Below are positions 1 to 12,228 of a DNA stretch of 64,000 bases, piece after piece (positions within the stretch are counted from its first letter, which is position 1; each line of letters opens with the position of its first letter). The translations under genes and the position numbers were made by a program. The stretch lies in the NCBI GenBank assembly GCA_002633005.1, contig NMRA01000620.1, forward strand, positions 1 to 64,000, written 5' to 3'. The stretch comes from Phoronis australis (Eukaryota > Animalia > Phoronida). The notes beneath the pieces were generated by a model that searched no databases, was not told the origin of the DNA, and was given only the letters and a program-made list of their open reading frames with translations.

Positions 1-465
1 CTTCCTGGGTCAGCTGACATCTACATTTTGTCCGTAAACCGTGTTTGGTGGTCCGTTAACCGTGTTTCTTCGTGAATGTGAGTCCGTGTCCTGTGTATTT
101 GAGTGAACTGATCGTGTTTTGTGACTGCGTTCCCGTGAACTTGTGAGTCAGTGGACGGTGTTTGCAGGTACGTGAGTCGTAATCGCGTGTCCGTGACCGT
201 GTTTATGAGTCCGTTAACAGTGTAGTTTAGCTACCTTGGATCTCATTGTCAACATCTACACAAAGAATATCGACATATACGTTATGTTAATCCTCAGCAA
301 GTATAGGATTGGCTCAAATCTATGGTGGCGCGTGATAGTCCATAACAGAAGTGTAGCAATTAACTTGAAGTGCTGTCCTCCTTAAAAAGGACGCATATTG
401 GACATCTCTAAACACCTATTATCTTATAGTTTGTATGTGTTTAAGGGGTGTAAGTTATGGAAGTA

Positions 466-1668
466 TTAGTTCTTCTTTATCCATGCATTTTGATAACAGT
501 CCTTTTCACTTTCAAAATCCGTAATCCTGTTATACCACGAGGGTTTTTCATTCCATCTTTTATTAAGAGCGTCGCACACACTTCTCCACACGTATCCTTT
601 TTTACTCAACATCCTAAAATCGTATTGATACGTCCACTCTTTACGCCATGCATGGAATGCGTTGTATGCGGTCTCGTTTTTCCCAACTACAGTTAAATAG
701 TGAGCGAGAGACTTGGGAGAGTCAAAGTCATCGACATGAATGAAAGAATTCGGAGGTGCTACCTTAACATAGTCCTCTTTGTAGGCTCCCATTACTACTG
801 GCACTGCATAACTGTCAAACGCTTGCATCCACATTTTTTCGCTGATGTAGTCTCGGCAGTTTGAATTCTCGAACGTTAAGAAAAACTTGTTATTTTTAAT
901 CTTTTGACAGCTGTGTGCTTTGTAGTGCCCCTCACACTTGAGATTACCGCATTTTCCATAAAAGTCGACGGTCGTGTGCTTTTGAAGTTCTTTTATGTAC
1001 TTTATCCTGCTATTTCGCACGTAGTCACAGTTGCTCATCATAGCCGCGACTAGTTTTTGTTTGCCCTTAAAAACATTTGTTATATTGATGGGCTTATCTC
1101 TTTTAATTCTCCAGCCGTATGACACTGGGGCATGTGAATCTCTTCGATACGTCATGGACCAATTAAAGGCGATTTTTCCGCTGAAATCCTCCATTTTGTA
1201 CCTGCCCTTATAATCTAAGATTGCAAAATAAGGACTTTCAACGTTGAAGTACAACCATCGTTGCCATGGTGCCCGCTCTTTCGGTAAAGTGTTAAGATAG
1301 GGTACACGTCTTACCTCAATCACAACTGCGTGGCTCTTGTTCAAATACCTCTTGTCCCTGGTGACTAGGCAATTCCCCGTTTTGTAATTTTCGGGAAGAC
1401 CGTTTTCTAAGCTCAGATACAATGGGTTCCAGTCCATAACGATAAATTCAGCAGGTTTCACAATCTTAGGCAATGTAACCTCATTCGTTAACCTGTTCGA
1501 TTCTGCTCCTTGGCTATTTGATAAGATTCCATCAACGGTATTGCCGGTCGCGTCGCCGTTTACCATGACGTTCAATACGTTCAGCTGGGGAGGAGCATAG
1601 CAGTACAAGACAAGCACTAACAGCACACCCAAAATTAAAACGAGGAAAAATTTGCTTCGGAGGTCCAT
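466..1668 (-). CDS. Alpha-1,3/1,4-fucosyltransferase, glycosyltransferase family 10 (400 aa, type II Golgi membrane protein)
   Basis: Intact ORF. It has a short cytoplasmic tail, a hydrophobic anchor (FFLVLILGVLLVLVLYCY), a stem region, and GT10 motifs FNVESP, FNWSMTYRRDS, VDFYGKCG, FFLTFENSNCRDYISEK, VPVVMG and PPNSFIHVDDF.SPK.LA.YL. Confidence 0.96.
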   Translation of the reverse strand: MDLRSKFFLVLILGVLLVLVLYCYAPPQLNVLNVMVNGDATGNTVDGILSNSQGAESNRLTNEVTLPKIVKPAEFIVMDWNPLYLSLENGLPENYKTGNCLVTRDKRYLNKSHAVVIEVRRVPYLNTLPKERAPWQRWLYFNVESPYFAILDYKGRYKMEDFSGKIAFNWSMTYRRDSHAPVSYGWRIKRDKPINITNVFKGKQKLVAAMMSNCDYVRNSRIKYIKELQKHTTVDFYGKCGNLKCEGHYKAHSCQKIKNNKFFLTFENSNCRDYISEKMWMQAFDSYAVPVVMGAYKEDYVKVAPPNSFIHVDDFDSPKSLAHYLTVVGKNETAYNAFHAWRKEWTYQYDFRMLSKKGYVWRSVCDALNKRWNEKPSWYNRITDFESEKDCYQNAWIKKN

Positions 1669-1673
1669 GGCAG

Positions 1674-1831
1674 CTGAAACAAGAAAACGTCATTGTTGAT
1701 CGAGATTTCTGCAAACTGTTTAGAGTTCTCGTTTTCATTTACTACGCCCTTTTATTTTACGTAGTTTTGAAAACACGCCATGGACAAATTGTTATGAAAG
1801 AAGTACACTGCAGGCAATCGAAAATACTTAC
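1674..1831 (-). other. Putative 5'-UTR intron of the fucosyltransferase
   Basis: The minus strand reads ttttcttgtttcag|ctgccATG, an acceptor 5 nt before the ATG with a good Kozak context. A consensus donor gca|gtaagta lies at 1831. The pairing of donor and acceptor is inferred. Confidence 0.5.
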
Positions 1832-2862
1832 TGCTGTTTCCCGTTACTTTAGTTGAGATTATCGTCCTCTTTACCTCGCTGCCTAAAGATCTATTATCGT
1901 CATATACATAGTTCAAGGTTGTAGCCATATTGACTGGAATTTATTTTATGTTACATTGTGTTTTTACACCCTCTGTTTCAGAAATTACAAGTGTTATTGC
2001 TTTTGGAGGCTAACTGGGTGGGTAAAATAACTGTTATGCACCGGTACGCTAAGCCTGCGTCACGGGCTCACAACAAAATCGCAGAGAATCACATGTCAAT
2101 GCCTACACTAGTGATAGTGGTAGTCAGGTAAACATTTAGAGACGGATAAAACTGTCTTACATTCAGTATAACAAATCTATTCCCCTCAACGTTCCTCATA
2201 AGAAATAAAATATTGCAAATCTAATTAAGAAATTTAACAAAGTTAACGTACACTACCAAAACATTAACTTGCAAGACAATAATACCAAGCTGAAAGATTG
2301 TGAACATTAAACAATACAAAGGTACCTACTGGTTCTAAGACTGGACGAAAAAGATATCGGAAGTCAAACTATTCCAGGTACTCAGCCATGATCATGCACA
2401 AGTCGGTGCCTATTCTCGGTTTTGTCGACTGATTTTGCCGAGAAATCGCCGATTGTATGGAACAGTACAGCCCCACATTCTTGCTTGATGAACAAACGTC
2501 GCAAAATGAATGTAAAGGAATAAAATCGGGCTTGGCTTGACGAGTTACGTAACAGCAACCTACAAATTGGTGGTTGGTATCAAAAGTTCAAAAGTACACA
2601 ATCCCTTTTGAAAGTTTCATCTCAAAGCCAATCCCCTTTCCTTTCATCATATTGCTCAGTGAGCTATACCAGGTATTGCTCATTGTATTGCTCATAACTA
2701 AAATGTGACGCAACTATTGGTTGTTCGATAACGATCAACTAACTCCAACTTATTATGTCTCTTCGTTTACCATTTCACCACCGCTAGGGTAGCTATTGAT
2801 TGTTGGATGGCAACCAACTAACTCCAATATGACGGTAGTACTAAACACTTAGGCTGTAGCCA

Positions 2863-2966
2863 CGGGGCCTTTTCTAGTGACGGGGCTTTTTCTAGTGACG
2901 GGGCCTTTTCTAGTGACGAGGCATTTTCTAGTGGCGGGGCATTTTCTAGTTACGGGGCATTTTCTG
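2863..2966. repeat. Minisatellite, ~18-bp unit cggggc(a/c/t)ttttctagtga x ~6
   Basis: Directly visible tandem units. Confidence 0.9.
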
Positions 2967-4140
2967 AGAGCCTAGAATTTAAATACAGCGCGTGTGTCAG
3001 GTTTGGCGGGTGGTTTGAGGAATGTATTGAAAGTAATTGAAAGGAAACTAGTTTACTTATGTTTTTTAATGAGAAACAGCCAAGTTTTTTAGCCCTGACC
3101 TAGTTTAGACGCAAAATGCTGGCTGCCCTTTGCTTTCTGAGAAACCGGGTGCGATTTCAGGTGGCTGTCAAACAGATCAAAATTGCCAAAAAATATAATC
3201 TAGTAGAGAGAAAGAGTATTCTGAAAGAGTAGTCAGATTTTTGTAGCACTTTGGGGTGAATACTGTCGATTTTCGCGTTTGTGGTCCTATTTTTAAGTGC
3301 CAGTATTTTTCCCGATGTGAATTAGCCGATCAAAAATCTGTACCATAATTAAGTTTCGGCAGTTATCATGGAGTAGTGCTTTTGAGTTGGGAACAACAAA
3401 AAACTTTCTTTTTTCATACTCTCGAAAAGGACGTCTCCACTTCGGTGTGTGTCGGCAGCCAAAACCCTGTAAGAACTGTAGTGTGCCTTTCTTACTCACT
3501 GACTGATGATTTGGTTTCACCACCAGGTGGGGAAGCTATTGGTTGTTGGATGGCAACCAACCAACTCCATTTGGTCGATTCTCCATTTGGCTACCAGGTG
3601 GAGCAGTGTAAAACAATCAGGTAGAATGACNNNNNNNNNNNNNNNNNNNNNNNNNNNNNNNNNNNNNNNNNNNNNNNNNNNNNNNNNNNNNNNNNNNNNN
3701 NNNNNNNNNNNNNNNNNTTGGGGGGGGGGGGGGCAGAGGTACAAACAATACAGTATGGTTGTGGTATCGTGAGGCAAAAACACATTTTTTAGCTGAATTG
3801 TCCGAAGAAATTATGCAGTATCATGGTGGATGTTTGTGCAATGGTTGGCTGCTCGAGCAGAGGTGATAGAGATGTTACGTGGTTCTATCGTCTTCCAAAA
3901 ATCATTGATTATGTAGAGTAATTAAAAGACCGAAAAGTAGTGCAGTCGAAACATCTTTTTTTGGTTTGAAGAAATTTTCCAATACAACCGGAAGAATAAT
4001 GCATCTCCCATAACAAAAATAAAATGTATCACAATCGGGTTAAGCAGAACTGTCACTTCAACATTTTCATAGAAATTTTGGTCACATATTTGGATTGAGT
4101 CGGCTAGCTTGTACGACAGCGGCATAAGTTACGAGTTTAA

Positions 4141-5608
4141 AGGAGAATGCTACATTGTACCAAATCCAACGTCTTTTGCATAAATTTATTTCGAGTAGTT
4201 CCACTTAATAACAGCAAGTTCAGTTCTTTTACCTGACACCGGACGGCAGACGGGGGAGTGGGAATTAACAAAGACGTCACCAAACGCTTACTGGCGTCAG
4301 CTTATCGCTTGAATTCATCGTTTTACACCAATTAACCATCAAAATTCGATGTAAAACCCGTACAAACACATTGAGTTTTTAAACAAATGAGTCATTTTAT
4401 TTCGCTGTTTCGGATTCATAGAAATTTTGAACGTACCGTGGCCACAAAGTTCGGTAGGCCAACTTACCGAGGTCGGTCGCTGGAAGTCTGTTTGGTGACA
4501 AATTAGAATTATTCTTCCGTGAAATATACACAGGAGATCATAGACGTGTGTTGTAATTTTAGACTTGCGATTTTTTCTGTTCTAAACGCAAAACACTCCT
4601 TATAACCCAGTGGCTCGCAACCCGATTGGGCTCGTCGCGGCCGGACTGGAGGCATTACGAAAAGAAACCAGCCGGGTTAGTAGGCTGCGAAAGTTGAAAT
4701 CTAAACATTAAATCACGAAAAGACTAGACTAGTGAAAAAAAAGAAATAATGAGCACGTGAATATTTCGAGGATTTCTCCGCGACGTTGCAAATCTACTTA
4801 CTCGTCGGGAGCCGCGGAGCCAAATTCACCTTCCACAGAACCGTACAGGGAAAAGGTGTACAACAACGATTTGAATAATGTATACCAGTATACATCTAAA
4901 TAATGCTGGTAACGCAGAACGATTTTCTCATTATTGATTTTTCAAAAGATGTTCACTCACGAACAATCCTAAGGCCTTTTAATAAGTGTATCTACTGAGA
5001 CTGACTGACGCTTAGTTTCAAATTTGTATAAAGGTTGGTTAGGGTGAAAAAATTCCTTTTAAAACAGAACAATGCCAGCCACAGACACCCAGTTATTCCA
5101 CGGCCTTATAATTGATATTAACCGCGTACTTTTCGTTCTTTACTGCCGGGAACCACTTCAGAAGCATTTCAGGTTCTCGAGGACACCGAAAAAAACGATA
5201 TAGCCGCTTTGCTCAGAGCCTCATGGTTCACACAAACGGGAACAATACAGCGGCACACACTTCGCTGAAGAACTACTGACGTATGTATCTGCGTCGTATA
5301 CTCGCCTTCCTCACAGGTTAACGCGACATCTTTCGGCGAGGTGAGATCGACTGTATACGAGGTGANCGAAAAAAAAAACGATATAGCCGCTTTGCTCAGA
5401 GCCTCATGGTTCACACAAACGGGAACAATACAGCGGCACACACTTCGCTGAAGAACTACTGACGTATGTACCTGCGTCGTATACTCGCCTTCCTCACAGG
5501 TTAACGCGACATCTTTCGGCGAGGTGAGATCGACTGTATACGAGGTGATGTGGATATCGACCGATTAAGAGGGTAACAAATACTAATAAAATCGGGTGGC
5601 GTACTCCT
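4141..5608. mobile_element. Non-autonomous TTAA-specific DNA transposon (Kolobok-like)
   Basis: ttaa|aggagaatgctac ... gtggcgtactcct|ttaa: imperfect 13-bp TIRs beginning AGG, flanked by TTAA at 4137-4140 and 5609-5612. No ORF. Confidence 0.7.
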
Positions 5609-8600
5609 TTAAAACTGTATAATTATTCTCACCAATGATTTACAGAGAAATTTAATGAGACATATATTTATCTACAATTTTGTTTTCAAAAATTTTCACC
5701 AGAGTATTATCACGCAGGTGTTACTTATATATCTAATTCACGCGTCAGACATTAAAATCTAAAGCGAGGCTCACTCCGATAAACAAAACGGAAGTTGGCA
5801 TTACGTGAGTTAAATGGCTGTTTTTTCGAGTCAAACCAGAACATTAAATCTTAAAAATATGTCGACAATCAACTACAGAGACGTAGAAAATACATTAGAG
5901 AACAAGTCAAACCACGAGAGTTTTTTTCGGAAAACTAGGTTGGAAACGTGAAAAGTATATATGAAAAAAAATGCGCAAGATCGTGTTACGGAATAGGTAT
6001 ATGCTGAATGCTGGGTTACGTTTCTTCTCGTAAATTGTTAACAAAAATGCTTTCTACACGAACCAGGTCATCTGCTCGTATTTTTGACGAGTTGAAGACA
6101 TATTTGACAGTGGTGGCTCATTGCATTTTGCTGTCATGTGCAAATCACATGTGGTTTAATTTGTTGATTAAGAATGTTAACATAAAGCATAGCCTAGGTC
6201 ATGGGAGTGAGGTAGGGACTACCGGGGATAACAGTTGAATTGATATTGATCTGCAAGAATGGTTGATTTTATTAAATATATTTATATTAAAATAAAAAAC
6301 TCAGGCTCGTAGATGAAACTAAAAATTATTTGACCATTAATTCTGCTTTCTTAGTTTTAATAATTCTTACACCTGTTCCATGTGTTAGGTTTCAAATATC
6401 AATCTAGACCAAGTTGAATTTTAAAATTAGAACACCTGATTCGTTCGTCCAAAGCATGACCTGAAAAAATAAGCCATCTGGTTTTAGAGCTCAAATTAAG
6501 TTAACTGAACAGAGCAAGCACAGTTATCATGTTTCTTCAGGGGCCTCATTTATCCGAGGGGAAAATACNGGGCCCCCCCGGCCCCCCCGCTTCCTACGGC
6601 CCTGCATGGGAGTTCGGGTCTCAATATCGGACGACAGGTGTGTAGAAGTTTTCGATGTTAGATATTTCAAATGTCACTTGGCAAAAAAATTAAATTCTTT
6701 CGTCCAGATTCCAGAATTGTTGACATTATACTCATATTTAAACAACATGCACACCCCTGCATTAGTCCTATTCTATTACTGAAATGCAGCATAGCGGTGC
6801 CGTCCAATTACGTGACGTGAATGTTGAACTCAAGGTCGAAAGCAAGCGTCCCATGGAGTATGACAACGCAGTTGATGTACGTATTCTTTTTGGAATTAGG
6901 ATACTGGGTGTTTCTGGATCTATGAATGTGAGTTTTATTTCACGAACTAACTTGTCACGCTCGTTTAACGTGTTTAAACTTAGGAAGCATGGCAAAATCA
7001 CCTAAAAACAGTATGTTCCCCCGTCTCTTTTTCCCCGTCTCCATCTTCCACAATCTCAATTTTCCCAGTTCGGATGTCGAAATATTACAGGGATTTATGC
7101 CTCCGATAAATGTCAATATTGTTATGTAATCCGATGTCCAGCAGCTAACAACTCGGGATAACTTTTAATGCTTCCACTGACCACTGCCATTGCTTGTCCG
7201 CCAACATGGCGCACTTCCGGGAAATGATGACATAGTTGCAAACACTTTATAGAATGTCCACCTTTACCAAGGCGTGTATTGTGAAGAGGTATATTGTTAG
7301 ATGCAATAGTTTTTTTAGTATAAACTGGTTAGACTCCGAATTCGCCAGACTTCTAGACCTGACGTTAACGCCGCCCCTTTCGAAATTGAAAAGGGCGCAG
7401 TTTTCCTTGAATCGGTGAATTCCAGGAGACACAATTACATGTAATTTCGCAACGAAACTAACCCGCAATAACTATAGAACGCTTACCGTGACAACTAAGC
7501 AACAGGTATTAAAATAACATTGATTCTTTGTTACGAATATTGCTAAATTTCGGAGTCCACATTTTTAGTGACAGCGAAAGTACAAATGTGCTATCGTGTA
7601 TCTTGTTTACAGTAACATACACCACAAGTATCAAGACCAATGATTTTTTTTTTACTTTCTGAACAGCATTCGAGGTAGTTGGCGAACCGGCTTAAATCCT
7701 AGGTCGTTATAGGAAAAAGTGACGTCAAAATCGTCGACTAAAAAAGGTCGTGCCGGCCAATTTCTGTTCCCGGGAACTTTTGCATGCGTCTTCAATTTCT
7801 GCCAGCAAAACACATGTACCATTACATCTCTGACTCAATTCATGGCACCGAAGTTAGGACGCAAACAATCGCATACACTGTAGGCTCATGTTTCACCAAT
7901 CTTGCCCGATTATTGCCGAACAATTCTGGCATTCATTCCCGTTATAGTACAAGCGCATGTTTGATTCGTTCTGACCCCTGTCGTGCCAAATGCTCTGGTT
8001 TCACGATGTAAAAGCAACAATCGTGAATCAAAAGTATTAAATCTTGGAGAACTGTTGGTAATTCAAAGTTTGTAAGTCAACACAAACTAAACGAATTTCG
8101 GGGAAATTATTGTCCTACTTTAGTTCTCGCAGTGGCGAGGTTGCATTGAAAACTTGCAGGTCGCCAAATCGAGCACTGCTGAAGAAATGTCTACACTGCA
8201 CAGCCACCAGTATTGTGAGCTACATATGTACACAGTACAATGCAACGCTAAACAATACAAGTTTGCCCATTTTCTATCTACGTGGAAGCTTTTTTCAAAA
8301 AAACTTCGGATATCTAATTGAAGTAATTAGTTTGCTACTTTTTGCAAATGTCACTGCATCCGGGTTATTTTTTTCTAAAAAATGCAATTGTATTAACTAA
8401 ACGGCACCAAAGGTCAAATTAACATTATGAAGATTGAGAAGAATGCCTGACCAAACTCTTCACAAGAACTGTGAGAGATCTACATTCTAATCACTAAATT
8501 ATTTACAGCTGGCTTAACTTATTTATATAACTTGTGTGGTTCATTTCTTTTTCCTGTAACTATTAAACCATGTAACTTTTTTGCATTTTGCGCTCTTGTC

Positions 8601-8711
8601 TTTAGAATTAAAAAGCAGTTAGCTTGTCAGGTATGGGAAAATAAATTGATTTATTTTGTTTCTGATATCATCATACACTAAAAAATACCTGTACAGTAAC
8701 AACGGACTTTC

Positions 8712-8874
8712 TTATGATACGGCTCTTATGATGAAGCTCGTATGATACGGCTCGTATGATACGGCTCGTATGATACGGCTCGTATGATACGGCTCGCACG
8801 ATACGTCTCATATAATACGGCTGGTATGATACGGTTAGTATGATACGGCTCGTATGATACGGCTCTTATGATAC
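8712..8874. repeat. Minisatellite, 14-bp unit gtatgatacggctc x ~11-12
   Basis: Directly visible. It explains the periodic spurious ORF 8726-8935. Confidence 0.92.
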
Positions 8875-10084
8875 AGATCTTTTGCAGTGTGGTTGAAAAA
8901 CGGGGAAGATTTTGAGTAACGGCAAGAATCAACACTACACTCTTTCACAGTGCTACGAAATGTAGCAATGTGAATGTTGCTTAACATAACTTCTCGTTGG
9001 TTAAATTAATGAAACCGACGTCACAACATTCAGTCATTCCCATTGGTTGAAATCTGGGAAACCCTTTCTGTTTGCTGTTGGGCAATGATAGAGGTAACCA
9101 AAATCAAGGAAATCCCGATCCAGTGACTTAAGCCCAAACAAGTGCAGTGCATAGAAGGCGTGTGCAAGTGGAGGCGATGCGATCGGTAAACTTCCAGCCA
9201 AGCATGCGCATTGATGCCCACACACGGAATACCGTTTGTCGTTCATCATGGTTCTACAGGGAAACTTATCAGTATAGGTGGTTCTTTCAAAGGGTAGATT
9301 CAACACCCGAGCAAAAAAATTCAAACAAATTCCACGCATGCGTGGCACAACCTCAGCAGATCGAATTTTGCGTTCCAGAGCTAGAGCTTTACGGATTGTA
9401 CTTCCCAGTAGACGTTGTGAGTGTCAGGAACTCCTATGCACACGCTTGACGCTTCTATAGTGTTCAGAATGACAGGGACAGTAATTGAATATCTGTGAAT
9501 TGATAATTGTTCGTTTATTCTCCCGTTGTATACTACAATGTCTTTTTATTGTTTTACTGTTGTTTCTTTTTTGCATTTTTCTCGCTATGGGAGTTTCCAA
9601 CGGAAAGAAGATGTGGACTCAAAAATTGTTTAACGGATTCACAATGTATGAAGCCACTGACGAAAATCTAGTATACCTGCAGCAGTTTTCAAAATATTTT
9701 AGGATCGTCCACATTTGACTTGGTTTTGGCGCACAAAATTGCAACTAAATATACAATGCTTTCGACAAGAACATATTTCAATTCTGGCAAACTTCACAAA
9801 TCTCGATAGTTGGGGTTGTAGGAACGTTGTCGAATTTGCGATAGATGTACCCTGCCTTTCAAATCCTTTTACACAACTGGCGTCTAGACGCATTAAATTC
9901 TTAATGACAACTTCGACAAATTGCCATTGTATTGCGACAAGTCTTTGACTAAACAGAGTTGGCGCTAGAATTGCTATTTGTTTCTGGATTTCATATTTAA
10001 GATTTCTCGTATAAATCTTGTTTTGCGGTGCCTTTTACCGATTGCCGGAATGTGCTGTGAGTCTGGATAAATTTGCAGACATAC

Positions 10085-10638
10085 TAAAACCAATAGTGAA
10101 GAAAAGGTTATTCAGGAAACCAAAACTTTTTATGAAAATCTCTAAAAAATATAGAGATTCTAAAAGTACAGCTTTAGAATCAATTCTTGATAAGGTGTGT
10201 GTCTCCAAACCGAATGAGACAGAAAAAGAAAAATTAGAAGGTCTTCTTACATATGAAGAAGTCAGACAATTCTTGAAAAAGTGAAGAAACAACAAGAACC
10301 CAGGATCCGATGGTTTTTCAGAAGAATTTCTGAAATTTGTTTGGACTGACATTGGATATTTCATTGTTCGTTCATTTAACACTGGTTTTGCTGTTGGTCA
10401 GTTTTTATCAACACAGAATGAAGGAGGGATACCTGCATCCCTAAGGGAGCAGATGAAAATAAACTATGTTTGAAAATCTGGAGACCCATATCCTTACTCA
10501 GTGTGACATATAAATTGACTTCTTCGGCTCTGGCTGAACGGTTAAAAACCATCTTGGGAAAACTAATCGGTAAGGACAAGACAGGTTTTGTTTCTGGAAG
10601 AAATGTGAACGAAAACATTCGCGTGCTATATGATTTGA
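10085..10638 (+). pseudogene. Tx1/L1-clade LINE ORF2 fragment 1 (linker and N-terminal RT domain), 5'-truncated, with stops and frameshifts
   Basis: Peptides QETKTFYENL, LEGLLTYEEV, KNNKNPGSDGFSEEF, WRPISLLSVTYKL, DKTGFVSGRNVNENIRVLYDL. Confidence 0.88.
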
Positions 10639-11134
10639 AAGAGGCCTAAACAACATGTTTCAGCATTTTATTTTAATTTTGAAAGTATAAAGGTTGGTTA
10701 CTGGCATCCACATATTCCTAAATAGGGCACAGTATTTTTCTTTTTTACTTTGAAAAGCAAAAACTTTATTAGTTCCGTAAAGCGCCCCTGCAAGCGCTGT
10801 TTTTCGTGACGTCACTGAGGCTGTACAGCACAAAGAGATATAGGTAATAGCGGATTTGCAGCGCAGACGAACTACGCATTGCGCATGTGCGAGTTACTTC
10901 CTTCGCGAAGGCTCATGGGATAGCTTGTGGTCAGGCATGTCTTGAGCAGGCTGGATAGTGTGTGCAATTGGAGTGATTTGCAAACTAAAAACCATGTTTC
11001 ATTTTTTGCTTTATAATACCAAGCAAGTCCTCTCTCTCGTTTGTAAACACAGCGTAGCTATGATCAGTGATCGTGTGACGACTGTCGCCGTGTTCAGTAT
11101 TGGGGTTATCGGCGTGGCGAAATCTCCTCCGGTT

Positions 11135-12228
11135 TCAGACAAGTTGAGAGTTCTTGGGTTGCTTAACTTTTGTAGCTTTCGCCGTGGATATGCTAGAGAC
11201 GTTAATTTTAAGTGGAAACTCCGTCGGAATGTTGTTCTCATAAGTCTTTTTTCCTCCAGGAAAATGTTCGCTGCACACACGATGGCCCCTAGGCAATTAC
11301 ATCGCACTGGATGCCGCAGGCATTCAGGGGCGATAGTACATCCTTACAAAAAGTTTCTCAGTTCAAAATACAGCAAATAAAATCAAATGAACCCGGCATA
11401 CATATAGGAACACGGAGTTATAATTAACACATACCACGACTCTGGATACAATTTAATCAGCAAAACTTGAACGAATCGATGAAAATCTGTCGCGGTTTGT
11501 TCGAGTTTCTCTCAGTCACGGTTACCGGGTGCCATTTTGAGGAAGTTACGTGAAATTACGCATGTAGACGAATAAAAAGTCCACGGGACACACATCTTAC
11601 AAGTTTCACCCAATACCTTCTCATGCTATTTTACAAGTGTCGCGCGCTAGCGTCACGCGCTTCGCTCAGTCTCGCGCTAACCTTGCGCCTAACTCACGGG
11701 ATTCAGTTGACATGCTTTGTGGTTATCGCGCACGCGGTGATAAAATTAACGGCAACCAAAAACGCTGAGTTGTAATTCTTCGCCAAAGTCAACTTAATTC
11801 TCACAACTAAGCCTAAGATATGTATAGAAGTAGAAAGGACCAATGATGAAAGTAAGCGTTTTTTAAATGATAGTTTTAAGTGTAGATTGTATTTTTGACG
11901 AGGTGAAAACTCGAAATCGGTAACCCAAATCCGGCCCGTTTAAAATACACTGGAGTAACGAAATGAGTACAGAAAGCGAATGGAAGTATTGTAGCCCCTA
12001 CATGGCCAACCGAGGGGCTACGTGTTGCCTACTAGATGGCCCCGCGTTCGTTTGAATGCGCTAAATTTCCCCTTACTCCCAGGTCTCCTAATGTTGTTTA
12101 TCCATTTTTCACGAAGTTCTTGGTTTGCAGGGAACACATACAAACTCAAGATTTTTATCTCTCTTGTTGTTTTTGAAGCAGCCAGGAACACAACAAGTGT
12201 ATCCGCCGTAAGTTTTCTTCGCGCTCAT
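11135..12228 (-). pseudogene. THAP zinc-finger (C2CH) coding relic, split by an insertion and with one frameshift
   Basis: Reconstructed: MSAKKTYGGYTCCVPGCFKNNKRDK/LSLYVFPANQELREKWINNIRRPGSKGKFSAFKRTRGH (12228-12035) joined to RVCSEHFPGGKKTYENNIPTEFPLKINVSS...QLV* (11281-~11135). It shows the THAP hallmarks C..C, FP, W, CS.HF and an AVPT-like NIPT. Confidence 0.85.
11290..12034. mobile_element. 745-bp insertion with 9-bp TSD (gatggcccc), class uncertain (MULE/Merlin/hAT-like)
   Basis: gatggcccc at 11281-11289 and 12035-12043. Ends are taggcaa... / ...ttgcctacta. Removing the insertion restores the THAP frame. Confidence 0.75.

Noticed and set aside
5187-5548. ~180-bp perfect tandem duplication
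   Set aside because: The copies are separated by a single N (5367), typical of an unmerged contig overlap.
8712-8874. 14-bp repeat as CRISPR or a repetitive protein (ORF 8726-8935)
   Set aside because: Head-to-tail units with no spacers; the ORF is a by-product of the periodicity.
6768-9950. Short ORFs as coding genes or transposase pieces
   Set aside because: No recognisable domain motifs or consistent splice structure by eye.
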